The notes below the pieces were generated by a model. That model was not told the origin of the DNA. It saw only the letters and a program-made list of their open reading frames with translations, and searched no databases. From an uncultured virus (IMG/VR IMGVR_UViG_3300021197_001353) (lineage: Duplodnaviria > Heunggongvirae > Uroviricota > Caudoviricetes), in the IMG/VR virus record IMGVR_UViG_3300021197_001353: a DNA stretch of 64,000 bases; one strand, 5' to 3'. Of the stretch, positions 16,781-27,697 are shown one piece after another. The position numbers and the translations under genes were made by a program. The stretch's first letter is position 1, and every line of letters begins with the position of its first letter.

Positions 16781-17587
16781 ATGAAAAAAGTTATAATCAG
16801 ACGCAAAGAAGTCCTCAACCATCTCCCACAGGAGATCAGAGCTGGGGCAAAGATCAGCATTGGTTCAATCTATGTTGGTCGCCAACCACTCAAAGGAGTG
16901 GAAGGAGAAGAAGCAAACAAACTCCTTAGCGGGATACTTGATGTACCCCCGGGACACCCCGACTGGCCAAAGCAAGTAAAGAACTTCTGGGCCAGCATGA
17001 CGGTAAAGGTTCCGTTCGAAGGTAAGGAGTTGGATATTGCAGTAGATGAGGATGGTAATCCTCATAACGTAATAGACTACGTCACTTATAAGTGGTGTAA
17101 GAAGCACAGACAAGTTGCAGATACAAAAGAGGAGATGGAGAAAGTCTCAGGCAAAAAATTCTACATCTACGATCCGCAACGTGACTTGCTCAAGAAAAGT
17201 GCAAAGGTTAAGGTGCAAAAGGAGGCAGACAAAGAATTTATAAAGGCATCAACAGATGCAGCTAAAATGAAAAGATTGCTGAGACTTTTGTCTAAGGGAA
17301 GTAACCCAGAAAAACTCTCTAACCTTGAAGTAGAGAATAACTTGTATGATATAAAGAGCAGAGAACCCGTCAAGTTTTTGAAGCTCGTGCTGGACAAAGA
17401 TCTTGACCTGCGTGCAGAGATAGAAGAAATGGCAAGCAAAGATGTACTCCGTAAGATTGGAAATCAGTATATTTATGGAGACGAGACCATTGGCGAGAAC
17501 ATAACCGACACTATAGTTTACTTTAAAAACAAAAAGAACTCTGGATCAGTAAATGCTATCAGAGCTCAATTGAAAACACTAGCGTGA
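16781..17587 (+). CDS. Conserved crAss-like protein downstream of MCP
   Basis: 268 aa; position matches the crAss capsid module. Confidence 0.75.
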   Translation: MKKVIIRRKEVLNHLPQEIRAGAKISIGSIYVGRQPLKGVEGEEANKLLSGILDVPPGHPDWPKQVKNFWASMTVKVPFEGKELDIAVDEDGNPHNVIDYVTYKWCKKHRQVADTKEEMEKVSGKKFYIYDPQRDLLKKSAKVKVQKEADKEFIKASTDAAKMKRLLRLLSKGSNPEKLSNLEVENNLYDIKSREPVKFLKLVLDKDLDLRAEIEEMASKDVLRKIGNQYIYGDETIGENITDTIVYFKNKKNSGSVNAIRAQLKTLA

Positions 17588-18876
17588 CAGTACAAGAGAT
17601 GCATATAGCGGTCAACCTGGGGGTGCAAAAACTTGCATCTTTCCAGGTTGACAATCTCTTACCCGAAGAGATCGATCATGAGATTAACATGGCTATTCGT
17701 CGGTTCATAAACCAACGTTACAGCCCTCAGTCTAATTCAAAGAGACGAGGCTTTGAGCAATCTCAGAAAAGAATAGACGATCTAAGAACTCTTCTGGAGG
17801 ACTTTCATGTCCCTATGCTAGAGAGAAATACTACAAGGCAACTTTACGTAAGCTCAGGAAGCTCTTTTGGGGTAGTATATACATCACCAGTAGCAGGACC
17901 TATAAGACTCGAAAGATTCAAACTTCCTGTAGACTACATGTACTTGGTAAACATCAAGACAGACTTAGCAAAAACATGCAACAACCCATTAACCTTTGGT
18001 GATAGTTTCTTTGAAGAAGCTTTCCTAAGGATAAAATCTTCCGGACCAAAGCCTGGGATGGTAATAAGAAGAATCTCAGTTCCAGGAGAAGGTCTCTCTC
18101 AGTTTGAGAAAATATTTGAAACTCTCGGCAATGCCAACAATATGGAGGAGCTGCTCAATCCAGCTTTCTACGGTAAAGGGTTTGAACCTAGTTTCTCTAA
18201 CAACGACGGACTAAGCGACATGTTTGATCCCTCTATTACTGCAGACTCTCCTCATGCAGATTCAAGCGAGATATACCTAAAGTATCCGATAAGAAGAAGC
18301 ACTGATGTTACAGGGGATTTTGTCTTAGAGGGGAGTTCTGTAGTTACTTCAGGAGTAAACACAGAGAACGGCGAACTAGATGGGGTGTACGCAACCGTAG
18401 AATACGATTATCCTTACACAGATTTGGATGCTGTGACTCACGGTGAGACTGAAAGCACAACCCAAACTATTAAAATAATGACTGCCCCTACAGTAAGTAG
18501 AAAAGTTTTTAGATCAGCATCTCTAAGTAGTCACCCAAACTCTAGTATTCAAAGGACTTTATGCAAGTATGTTGCACATGATGATTTGTTTGCATTACTT
18601 GATGATCCTTTTAATACAGCTAAAAGTGATAGGATACTGTACACAATACAGGAGAATTTCGTAGATTTGTACTCTAACAACAGAAGCTTACCTCTGGGGG
18701 TAACTATTAAGTACTTACGTAGACCTGCCAGCGTAAACATAAACGCTGGTGTAGGCTGCGAACTGGCAGAACACACTCATCATGAGATCGTGGAGATGAC
18801 AGTGAAAAGCATCTTGGAGGCATTCGAGTCTCCAAGGTATCAATCACAATCTGGGGAAGTCCTAGAGAGTGAATAA
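17584..18876 (+). CDS. Tail ring / head-tail connector protein
   Basis: MTVQEMH..., GFEQSQKRIDDLRTL, YLRRP, CELAEHTHHEIVEMTV; with a central insertion. Confidence 0.75.
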   Translation: MTVQEMHIAVNLGVQKLASFQVDNLLPEEIDHEINMAIRRFINQRYSPQSNSKRRGFEQSQKRIDDLRTLLEDFHVPMLERNTTRQLYVSSGSSFGVVYTSPVAGPIRLERFKLPVDYMYLVNIKTDLAKTCNNPLTFGDSFFEEAFLRIKSSGPKPGMVIRRISVPGEGLSQFEKIFETLGNANNMEELLNPAFYGKGFEPSFSNNDGLSDMFDPSITADSPHADSSEIYLKYPIRRSTDVTGDFVLEGSSVVTSGVNTENGELDGVYATVEYDYPYTDLDAVTHGETESTTQTIKIMTAPTVSRKVFRSASLSSHPNSSIQRTLCKYVAHDDLFALLDDPFNTAKSDRILYTIQENFVDLYSNNRSLPLGVTIKYLRRPASVNINAGVGCELAEHTHHEIVEMTVKSILEAFESPRYQSQSGEVLESE

Positions 18877-18908
18877 ATTTTTTTTAACGCCATAATACAT
18901 TAGAAAAC

Positions 18909-20033
18909 ATGGCTAATATGGGAACAAACCTTTCACAGGTTTTTATTGCTAACGACGCTGATTTGGGCCCAACTTCTGGGTCTGCTTTTAACTCACTTGT
19001 GTCTACAGCGGCCAGCACTGAGTGCGGCATTTGGGATGCTGTTGCGGGATCATATCATACAACTGCTCTTTACAGCACAGCTGTCGACGTTACAGACGAA
19101 GTTGCTGGAGCTGATACAGAAGAAGTTACTGACAACATTACTACTGTCGCTAACCCTCTCTGGTTGAAGTCAAGAATTCAGCTTGTACAGGGTGCTAGTG
19201 GTCAACCAATCGCTACTCCTTTGATCGATACACGTAACATTCGTAGCATTCGCTTCGATCCTTACGTGGCAACAGCTGGACATAAAGTTGTATGCACGCC
19301 AAATAGTACGTTCACTGATGCATCAGTTAATACAGTAACCCTCAAGGTTATTATGAGAACTTTGCCGGTTGATCAGTTGAGCTACCACGACGCTGGTGGA
19401 ACAGACTACACAATCTTGTCTGGTTCTGATCCACTTCCAATGGGTGTGTTCAACGCTACTAACCACAAGTCTATCAGCGTTGAGTTTAGTTGCACAAACA
19501 CAGCTACTTTCTGCTCTGCAGGTAAGGTTGCTGTTGATAATCACCCTTTGTTGAAGAAGATCGTTGCTGCTACCGACACTGGTACTGGTACTTCTTTGGA
19601 TCTCCAGTCTAAGCACGTTGGGGTTATCTTCGACGTTGTTATTCAGGACGCAGATGGTAATGCAGCTACCGCTGCATCAGCTGCATCTAACAAGGTTGTT
19701 GTTGCTGCAACTGGTCAAGTCTTGGGTGTTGGTAACCCTTGGCAGGTTTTGGGTGAGGAGATTCGTTGCAGAAGCCGTCAGGGTGACTTCAACAGAATGT
19801 ACCTTCCTACGAATCAGACCACGTACACGTTGGCGGGCAATGAGTACTCTAAGGTTACTATTTCGTATGAGCACAACTGGCCAACTTCTACAGGTATTGC
19901 ACCTGCAGGCACGTTGAACCAGGCGGTTCTCTACATTGGTGACTCAGGTGGACAGCTCGCAGCTGGCGATACTAACATTGACACAGTCTTTACGATCGCA
20001 GCAATGGACGCGGCACAAGAGTTTGTATGGTAA
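18909..20033 (+). CDS. Structural protein, probable auxiliary capsid protein
   Basis: A/T/V-rich beta protein; MCP-like codon bias; followed by a terminator; position in the crAss module. Confidence 0.55.
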   Translation: MANMGTNLSQVFIANDADLGPTSGSAFNSLVSTAASTECGIWDAVAGSYHTTALYSTAVDVTDEVAGADTEEVTDNITTVANPLWLKSRIQLVQGASGQPIATPLIDTRNIRSIRFDPYVATAGHKVVCTPNSTFTDASVNTVTLKVIMRTLPVDQLSYHDAGGTDYTILSGSDPLPMGVFNATNHKSISVEFSCTNTATFCSAGKVAVDNHPLLKKIVAATDTGTGTSLDLQSKHVGVIFDVVIQDADGNAATAASAASNKVVVAATGQVLGVGNPWQVLGEEIRCRSRQGDFNRMYLPTNQTTYTLAGNEYSKVTISYEHNWPTSTGIAPAGTLNQAVLYIGDSGGQLAAGDTNIDTVFTIAAMDAAQEFVW

Positions 20034-20041
20034 TTTAAATT

Positions 20042-20069
20042 GGGGGGCACATAGGGTGTCCCCCTTTAT
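20042..20069 (+). terminator. Rho-independent terminator
   Basis: GGGGGGCAC-ATAGG-GTGTCCCCC stem-loop followed by TTTAT. Confidence 0.7.
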
Positions 20070-20080
20070 AACTTTCAATC

Positions 20081-20542
20081 ATGGCAATAAGAGGACAATT
20101 TTCAGGTAAGCGAATACTCGTAACAGAGCGAGGGCTTAAGAGAAACCAGAGGTATAAGGTAGAGATAAAGAACCTTACTACTGGTTCCAAGTCTACAACA
20201 ACTAGAACTCCTTCTGGCGGAAAAATTCGTACCAGTGTAGCCATGGATTCTAAGGGGGTAGTAAGATCAACCATCACCGATCGGAATGGTGCTGTGGTAA
20301 AAACACAGGTTGCTGTAGTAACAGCAGATATAGATTGCTGCATTGCCAAATTGGTACATGACGCAATCAATTGCACATGCAAGTGCGATCAGTGCAAAGA
20401 AGACCTAAAGCTTGCTGAGAAGATATTTCTGCTGATACAATCTGCGGAATATGATGCAACCTTGGGAAACAGTACAGGAGCTCAAGAGAAATACGACAAA
20501 GCAAAATCATTCTGCACAGAGCGATGTGCATGTGGATGTTAA
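20081..20542 (+). CDS. Cys-rich structural protein (tail-hub-like)
   Basis: DCCIAK..CTCKCDQC...FCTERCACGC C-terminus; position in the tail module. Confidence 0.55.
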   Translation: MAIRGQFSGKRILVTERGLKRNQRYKVEIKNLTTGSKSTTTRTPSGGKIRTSVAMDSKGVVRSTITDRNGAVVKTQVAVVTADIDCCIAKLVHDAINCTCKCDQCKEDLKLAEKIFLLIQSAEYDATLGNSTGAQEKYDKAKSFCTERCACGC

Positions 20543-20548
20543 TACAGC

Positions 20549-23500
20549 ATGGCAAATTTTGTAGCATATACCAAGCGTCTTTCCGATAGACGCTTTCCCA
20601 CAATACATGTAGTAGACGCTTACGCAGGCGGAGGCGGAGACTTCATAAATGTGGGATTGGACGGCGCGGATCAAAGATTCTACGGAGACGATGCAACTAT
20701 AGATGGGATGTGTGGTAGCTCTGGTCCTGATAATATATCGTATCACGAGGGGGTAGTCGGCACCAATGAACCAAATTTTGCTACGCGTCAAGTTGTAGGA
20801 GTGCAGGTAACTCGCATTGAATCATACAGCAGCACCGGTACCAAGATTAGTGCTGTTAAAGGTGCAGCTCTTTGCCAATATGTAGAAAAAACTGAACACC
20901 TGTACTTAGCAAACGGGCACCTTCAGATAATGGTGTACTTCCTAGAAGACTCTATGAATAGTATATCCTCAACTAATGGAGGATTAGTCTTACAATTTAA
21001 TGTTCTTCTTCAAGGTTCTAACTCTCTAATCGCCGGTGTTACAGAAATGCGAGGGAGTAAAGAGCACGTAAAAGTTACTCTCAATGTGCCTTTTGACGAT
21101 GGGGATACGGCATCCCACAATCCTTCAATAGACCTAGACGCATGGCTATACGGCGGCGGCGGTACTGATTTTGGCCATCATGTTCGGGTTCAAGACATAG
21201 GGCTCACTCAGACTAAGCAAATATGGAACACCGTAAGAACACAAGTAGTCGGCCATACTACGTTTGGGGCAAACACGCTGCCGGACCCCCTCACTAGCGG
21301 TAATTATTCGTATCCAGCGGGAAGTAGAATATACCCCCTGCATGGTGTTATACCGCGAAAAAAGACTGCCGAGCCTGCAGGATACAGCTTTAGACATATA
21401 GACAATTGTAGAGAGCTAACCTCAAGGTCAACCTACCAATCTCTAATTACCAATTTCGGCGGAGAACAAATCCAAGGAAGTGATTCTTACAAGCGTCTAC
21501 TGGTGTACGAGGAGTTTACAGCGAGTGGCGATTTACTACACTTAGGAGAATTGTTCGGGCACGCCCAACAAGACACTCTAAACAGTGATGGGTTCTCGAC
21601 CAAAGAACAATGGGGAAAGTACACAGGAGTCCTTTGCTCCTCATTTAGTAGACAAGATCCTAATTACGGCCCCGAATCTCTCACTGACTATCCCGGAGGA
21701 TGGCCTACGACCGGTACCGGAAATGCACTATCGTCAAACGCTTGGCAGGCTAGTACACCACTAGGGCTTTTTACTTCTTTTGGTGGTCAATCAAGAGTTT
21801 TCCTAGATGGAAGTAGTAGAAATCCGTACGATGGAGTAATACCTATTACTTCGACTACCCAGGGCAACGTGAACGGGCGGTTACTTAACAAACAATATAG
21901 CAACTACGTAACATTTTACTGTATAGATGGAACAAGCTGGGGGGACAATAAAAACATACCTAGCGATATCACCAATACTCCTGCCGACCAAGGACGAATC
22001 TCGTGGGGTGGGCACGTAGGGGATATTATCAGGCAGAGTGTATCCGACATACTTGGAACAACTGCAACAACCCTCGTTGATGATAACTGCACTAGATATA
22101 CAGAAAGCGGGCCGTTTGAATATGGAAGTTTAACTTCCTACCACGAGTATGTTGGCCAAGGTTTTGGAAACTGGCAAAACTACGTAGGATTTCTTTTCAA
22201 CGGGACATCTGTTCCTAATGTTGTCTCTGCCAAAGAAGACGAGTTTACCTCACTTACAGGAGGCACCAATCATAGTGATGCACTGCCTGATATATTTGAT
22301 GTAAAATTCTCAGCCGCAATATCCCCTGTCTCCAAAATGACCGGGGTCAAGATGCTGGCAATGAATAAGGGCATAGATCTTCTTACGAACCCTGTAGAAA
22401 CAGATCAATTCTACGGCATGAGTGGAGCTTTTGGCGGCGGCAACGCTGACCCCACTATAGACGTAAGAGGTAAAAAATTGTTTACCTACACAGTGTTTGT
22501 TTACACAGACAGTTCGCAATCTAAAGTGCCTGTTGGCGACCAAGTACATCCATTTGGATCAGTCAGCGGGGAGCCTGCGGAAATCTCTGAACAATATCTC
22601 AACGAAGCCTATAGTGGTAATGGTGATATTGTTAGTACGCAAGCTAGTATATCGGACATCCCTCATATTCAAGACTTGACATTTGATGTGTTCATCAATA
22701 GTAGTTTTAGCCTTACAGTTGGTCTCCCTCACTTTGACTGGGGAGCCGCCAACCTAGTGGATAACAAATGTGTAGATAGAAATAGTGAAGAGTTCTCTCC
22801 AATATTTGAAATTAATTCAAATACTTCCGACTTCATATACATCAACGCAAATGTATGCGGCGACATTGATTACGGAAGATGTGGATGCGGGGAGGATCGT
22901 CAAGACTATATTACAGACGAACTAGGGTATTTAAGCGCCTTTAATTTTACTGAATCTGGTAGAAACCAGTATGAAGCGGTGATAACCTACCCACGTCCGG
23001 TAACTACTCACCAAAGCAGCGTACTTTCTCCGACAGCTACATACACAAGTATTCTGTATGTGAACAGTTACTTTTCTGTTAAAAGTACAGCTGCAAGCCC
23101 CCTAGCCAATAACAGCTACGCGGCATTGTACCTTAATATATCGAATGAGAATCCTTCCCAGGTTACGTATCGTACAAGCGATGACACACCCCACACTCAC
23201 CTACTTCAGGACGGAGACTTTTCTACACTATCCGTATATCCTCAAACCATATGGTTTGATGAGCTGGACGATAAGTCGATAGCAGACAATACGTTTACAT
23301 TCTTCTACCTGCCCGGCAGGGATCACTACGAGACTGTTGACGGATCTTCGTTCTTCGCACACGATGAGTCTACTGAAGCTAAAGCTTATCTGACTGTAGG
23401 AAGCCACCTCAATCAATACCAAAGTAGCCCATTTGGAGTAGGAGTTGGGCAGCTAATACCTAACAGGCAGTACTTGCTGTTCGAAGCGGAGACCGCAGCC

Positions 23501-26500
23501 ACTAAGGAATTGAGTAGTCAAAGGGCTCACTCGGACCTGGAGTTTGGTGAAAGCTGGACACAGTCGGATACAGAAGCTAGCTATATATCATTAGGAGCAA
23601 CTGCAGATTGTATAACTGCTGAACAAGACAAACCAAAACGTAAAGTCAATTGGTTTGTTAATGTAGGAAGAAAGGTATCTCAAGGCGTAGATGATGGTGG
23701 TGGAGATGATGGCGGTGGCGGAGACGACGACAAGCCGGGGTGCACAGACCCCAACGCACTGAATTACGATGCCGGTGCAAACCTCGATGACGGGACCTGT
23801 GTATTTTGCGATGACACCTTTACTGAGAACGCATCAGCAACATTTGCAAATCTAGATCCAATATTCCTACTACCCCATGCATACGGGGGTCGAGACACCA
23901 CCAACTACATCACTGGGTCTACGGCCAAAACGCAAGGAGCGCAAACCGTAAATGATGGAGGATGTGACGGAGACCTGCATAACTGTAATCCAGAAGTTTT
24001 ATTTGGGCAGGGATTTGCAGGCAACGAGGTGTTTGAGTGGTGGGACGGCAATTACTTTAATGCGTTTAACACAAGGGGTCCTAATACTGACTTTACTGTT
24101 GGTGCGTTAAATGGGGCTAATCCAAGTTCTCCGTTTGCTGGCTCCCCTTGGAACAACGAGGCTGATTCCGCACAAACGTTTTTCCAAGCTAAAGCTGGGA
24201 ACAGCGGTGCATTCAATGGAGCAACGGACGCTATATTTGATCAGTTTGGAGTTGAAGATGCGGGACTTAAGCAGCAGCTTCTGGAGGTGTGGGAATCGCT
24301 AGCCGCTGAGCAAGCTAGCAATCTTTCCATGCACATATTTAGATATGAGGACTGGAATAAACCAGAGCCTTTGGCGGTAAGAAGAAATGTAGACCAAGGC
24401 AATAACGGGTGGGCACTAGATAGCTATACAGGAACATTGGCTCCTGGGAAGTACAAAGCAAATGTTTATGCTGACACTCAGGGAGATTTCTCTGGTATAG
24501 GTTTTCATAACATGAACGAGCTTGCCACACTCCCAAACCAAGAAAGTGCCTCATTTGAGCTTGCGTATAAATTCGGAAACATAGGAGCTCCAAACAACCC
24601 TACAACTAACACAGACATAGGGCTTGAAGCTGGACACCACTACGTAGCAATACTTAAATTTAGACCGAAGAGGACATGTCCGGTCATAAACAATGAACCG
24701 TTGTTTTACTACTGGGCATACAATTTCTTTGTAGAGTACTGTGCTTGCACAAACGATGCTTCAGAGAATGGGGGATATGGAAATCCAGATCAAGCAGCCC
24801 TTTCTGCCACAGAAGCCCCTTACTGGGTGGATGCGCCTTGGGGAGGATCTTCTTATTTCCCAGCAACAAATGCACCCTACAGTGGGATAATGACCGGCAC
24901 ATTCGGAGCTACTGGAGCTTTCCCTACTACTTTCTGTGGAGCAGGAGCAGCCTCAAGACTCATAGGAGGAGGAAGAGATAGAGTTGACGATAGTGCACTT
25001 GGTAATACAGCTTTGTGTGCAGTAAGAGATCCTGATTCTATCAGACCCTGCGAGGACTTTTACTCGTGGTGTCTTTCTGACATCAGCGTAACTTGCAATT
25101 TTGATGGGGATGGAAATCCATTTTTAAGTTTGGACTTCGCAGTTTTGATAGATGGATTCTTTACCCAAAGTGAAACAGATCCGTACAACCTGCAGCCTAT
25201 ATATGAGACAGGGCAGATGCCTCCTAATGAATACTACTACTGGAGGATAAACGTTCTGCAAAACGGGGAGGAAACATATAGCATTGATAACTATATCCCA
25301 GCGTCGGGCAGCACATACGAATTAAACCCAGCAATTGACATTACCAATTCGCAGGCTGAAGGTGCAACAGATTACATAGGAAATCTTGCATCCCTTAATT
25401 TTACAGGCATAGAATGGTCAGATGATGTAGACGGTGTTGCCGGAGTAGATGATCTGCAATTAAATGTACAGCTAGTTTATCTAGGAACGATAAATATAGT
25501 AACTGGTGCGATTAACAATTCTTACCCAGACTTCATAGTAGACGCCGAAGATAATCCTGTCGACACCTGCCCAGTATCTGAATTAAGCTATACAGCAAGT
25601 CTAGGTGGATGTGAGGCGGAAGTGCCAGGATGCACAGATCCGTTAGCCAGCAACTTCGATCCCCTTGCCTCCGAGGACGACGGGTCATGTAGATACACTG
25701 ATTGCGAAGAGCTATTTGATTCTTTCAAATCTTCCATATTCATAACAGACGTAACAACAACTAATGATACTCTGCAATGCACTGAGTTCTTAGACATCGA
25801 TGTAGACATAGATTACTACATACCCCAATATTCTGCTACGATGGTGATCACCATAGAAGACTATGCTGCAGGAGTGTTAGGTGTAAGTAACCTAGGCTTG
25901 ACGGAAGGTCAGTTTACAATATGTGTTCTTAGGATGCAGGAAGGTGCAGCGACATTGCTCCCATCAGCTTTGCAGTATTTCAATGACAATGCTGAAGCTA
26001 TACAAGCTTTGAATCCTGGAGTTGCATTTAATATAGGTGCAGAAGGCAATGGTCTAAATGGGTGTTTCCTTGCACCAGAGGTAGCCTCATCGCCTAACGT
26101 AACATCAACAGCTTCACAAACAGATCCTGCAGGCCTGCCCGGCACTAAGTATATTACCGACCTGCCCGCAGACACAATATTCAGTGACGGAGAACAACTT
26201 CTCACAGCTGGTCAGTATTTGATATTCGTTATACCTTTTGTTGACCTATCTGGTATTCAAGACGCCGAAGGAAACGGACTGGGGCAATGTGATGATATAT
26301 TCATTAACTACATAGATGAAGTAACTATCTCTACCATTGGAGCAACTGTAGATCCCTCTGCTACATGTCCTGAACCCTGTAACCAGTTTACAAACCCAGA
26401 GGACTGTCCAGATGCCAAACCAGGGTGCACCAATCCAGACGCGGAAAACTACAATGAGGAAGCCACCTTTGACGATGGAAGTTGTGAGTTCTGCACGGAC

Positions 26501-27694
26501 TGCGACCCCTGCGTTTTATACCCGCTTGCAGCTGGGTGTGGAGACTGCGAGAAAGGAGAAGGTGCGCAATCCGGAAATAGAGTTGCAGGATTTGGAGCAC
26601 GTATACGAGAATGCGATGGTGAAACAGAAGAATGCTGCACCGATCCTACGGCTTGTAATTACAGAGAAGAATGCCAAGTTGGTAAAAACGAACTATGTGA
26701 ATACAACTGCAATGATGGGGGAGATGATTGTGAGGGTGTAGCAGACGAAGACTGCGATGATGAAGAGCCAACATGTCCTGATCCAAATAACCCGGAGTGT
26801 GAGGGAGACCCTATAGGTAACTGCCTTGACGACGGCGACTGCCCTTGTGTAGGTACACAGTGTAACGAAGATTGCATATTTGAAGATGAGAATTGCAATC
26901 CCCCTGTCGTCGATCCCGAAGGTGACGATCCAATAACGGATGTATTTACAACTACAACTGCTATTTGCATCCCGACGGCAGGGCCCGGCGCAGACATGTC
27001 AGTATACTTTGCAGACGGTAGTCAAGCAACAGACTTAGGGGAAGCAGGAGCTGTGTGCAGTGCTCACAATGGCGACAAGATGCTCATGAAGATGAGAACA
27101 GGTGTCACCTATGATACTACGGACCTTTTGAAGCTGTCTCTGATAAACTACTTGTTGACTAAAGCAGCAACCACTCAGCTTGATTGTATACTCGACTGCA
27201 ACAACTACGACTCGGGAGCTAAAAGCGGAGGTAAAATTCTAGCTCATACGTCTAGATTCAGAGGAGAGATAAACTGCCAAGAGAGGTGGAAGGCCGGAAG
27301 ACGTCAATATTTTGCAGGAAGCAGCTCCTTTAAGAGGGGAGATATAGTACGGTATCTGCGAGTAATGAATGGAGTAATGACAGGATCATACTTTATTGCG
27401 AAAAACGACTGGATTCCAGGGATGGACATACCAGGATCAGTTAGGGACATAACAGTCTCAAGCTGGACTCCCTGTATCAACGTCAAGTATCAGGAAAATA
27501 CAAACCCAGAGAACTACTACCAGACCTTTTATGAGTTCATCAATAGGTACTGCCAGTCTTGTAGAGTAGTACTATCACCAGAAGAAAACAGATCAAATTA
27601 TATGAACTCTCAAAATTCAAAATCGACATACGTCCCGAACAGAAGTTTCGGAGCGGGCTTTGCTGACGAAGATGGCAACGAGATAATATTCTAA
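20549..27694 (+). CDS. Giant (2381 aa) acidic Cys-rich virion surface/fibre protein with GCTD repeats
   Basis: Uninterrupted ORF; repeats PGCTDPNALNY, PGCTDPLASNF, PGCTNPDAENY; dense C/D/E/P region near 26350-26950; no signal peptide. Confidence 0.75.
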   Translation: MANFVAYTKRLSDRRFPTIHVVDAYAGGGGDFINVGLDGADQRFYGDDATIDGMCGSSGPDNISYHEGVVGTNEPNFATRQVVGVQVTRIESYSSTGTKISAVKGAALCQYVEKTEHLYLANGHLQIMVYFLEDSMNSISSTNGGLVLQFNVLLQGSNSLIAGVTEMRGSKEHVKVTLNVPFDDGDTASHNPSIDLDAWLYGGGGTDFGHHVRVQDIGLTQTKQIWNTVRTQVVGHTTFGANTLPDPLTSGNYSYPAGSRIYPLHGVIPRKKTAEPAGYSFRHIDNCRELTSRSTYQSLITNFGGEQIQGSDSYKRLLVYEEFTASGDLLHLGELFGHAQQDTLNSDGFSTKEQWGKYTGVLCSSFSRQDPNYGPESLTDYPGGWPTTGTGNALSSNAWQASTPLGLFTSFGGQSRVFLDGSSRNPYDGVIPITSTTQGNVNGRLLNKQYSNYVTFYCIDGTSWGDNKNIPSDITNTPADQGRISWGGHVGDIIRQSVSDILGTTATTLVDDNCTRYTESGPFEYGSLTSYHEYVGQGFGNWQNYVGFLFNGTSVPNVVSAKEDEFTSLTGGTNHSDALPDIFDVKFSAAISPVSKMTGVKMLAMNKGIDLLTNPVETDQFYGMSGAFGGGNADPTIDVRGKKLFTYTVFVYTDSSQSKVPVGDQVHPFGSVSGEPAEISEQYLNEAYSGNGDIVSTQASISDIPHIQDLTFDVFINSSFSLTVGLPHFDWGAANLVDNKCVDRNSEEFSPIFEINSNTSDFIYINANVCGDIDYGRCGCGEDRQDYITDELGYLSAFNFTESGRNQYEAVITYPRPVTTHQSSVLSPTATYTSILYVNSYFSVKSTAASPLANNSYAALYLNISNENPSQVTYRTSDDTPHTHLLQDGDFSTLSVYPQTIWFDELDDKSIADNTFTFFYLPGRDHYETVDGSSFFAHDESTEAKAYLTVGSHLNQYQSSPFGVGVGQLIPNRQYLLFEAETAATKELSSQRAHSDLEFGESWTQSDTEASYISLGATADCITAEQDKPKRKVNWFVNVGRKVSQGVDDGGGDDGGGGDDDKPGCTDPNALNYDAGANLDDGTCVFCDDTFTENASATFANLDPIFLLPHAYGGRDTTNYITGSTAKTQGAQTVNDGGCDGDLHNCNPEVLFGQGFAGNEVFEWWDGNYFNAFNTRGPNTDFTVGALNGANPSSPFAGSPWNNEADSAQTFFQAKAGNSGAFNGATDAIFDQFGVEDAGLKQQLLEVWESLAAEQASNLSMHIFRYEDWNKPEPLAVRRNVDQGNNGWALDSYTGTLAPGKYKANVYADTQGDFSGIGFHNMNELATLPNQESASFELAYKFGNIGAPNNPTTNTDIGLEAGHHYVAILKFRPKRTCPVINNEPLFYYWAYNFFVEYCACTNDASENGGYGNPDQAALSATEAPYWVDAPWGGSSYFPATNAPYSGIMTGTFGATGAFPTTFCGAGAASRLIGGGRDRVDDSALGNTALCAVRDPDSIRPCEDFYSWCLSDISVTCNFDGDGNPFLSLDFAVLIDGFFTQSETDPYNLQPIYETGQMPPNEYYYWRINVLQNGEETYSIDNYIPASGSTYELNPAIDITNSQAEGATDYIGNLASLNFTGIEWSDDVDGVAGVDDLQLNVQLVYLGTINIVTGAINNSYPDFIVDAEDNPVDTCPVSELSYTASLGGCEAEVPGCTDPLASNFDPLASEDDGSCRYTDCEELFDSFKSSIFITDVTTTNDTLQCTEFLDIDVDIDYYIPQYSATMVITIEDYAAGVLGVSNLGLTEGQFTICVLRMQEGAATLLPSALQYFNDNAEAIQALNPGVAFNIGAEGNGLNGCFLAPEVASSPNVTSTASQTDPAGLPGTKYITDLPADTIFSDGEQLLTAGQYLIFVIPFVDLSGIQDAEGNGLGQCDDIFINYIDEVTISTIGATVDPSATCPEPCNQFTNPEDCPDAKPGCTNPDAENYNEEATFDDGSCEFCTDCDPCVLYPLAAGCGDCEKGEGAQSGNRVAGFGARIRECDGETEECCTDPTACNYREECQVGKNELCEYNCNDGGDDCEGVADEDCDDEEPTCPDPNNPECEGDPIGNCLDDGDCPCVGTQCNEDCIFEDENCNPPVVDPEGDDPITDVFTTTTAICIPTAGPGADMSVYFADGSQATDLGEAGAVCSAHNGDKMLMKMRTGVTYDTTDLLKLSLINYLLTKAATTQLDCILDCNNYDSGAKSGGKILAHTSRFRGEINCQERWKAGRRQYFAGSSSFKRGDIVRYLRVMNGVMTGSYFIAKNDWIPGMDIPGSVRDITVSSWTPCINVKYQENTNPENYYQTFYEFINRYCQSCRVVLSPEENRSNYMNSQNSKSTYVPNRSFGAGFADEDGNEIIF

Positions 27695-27697
27695 AAA

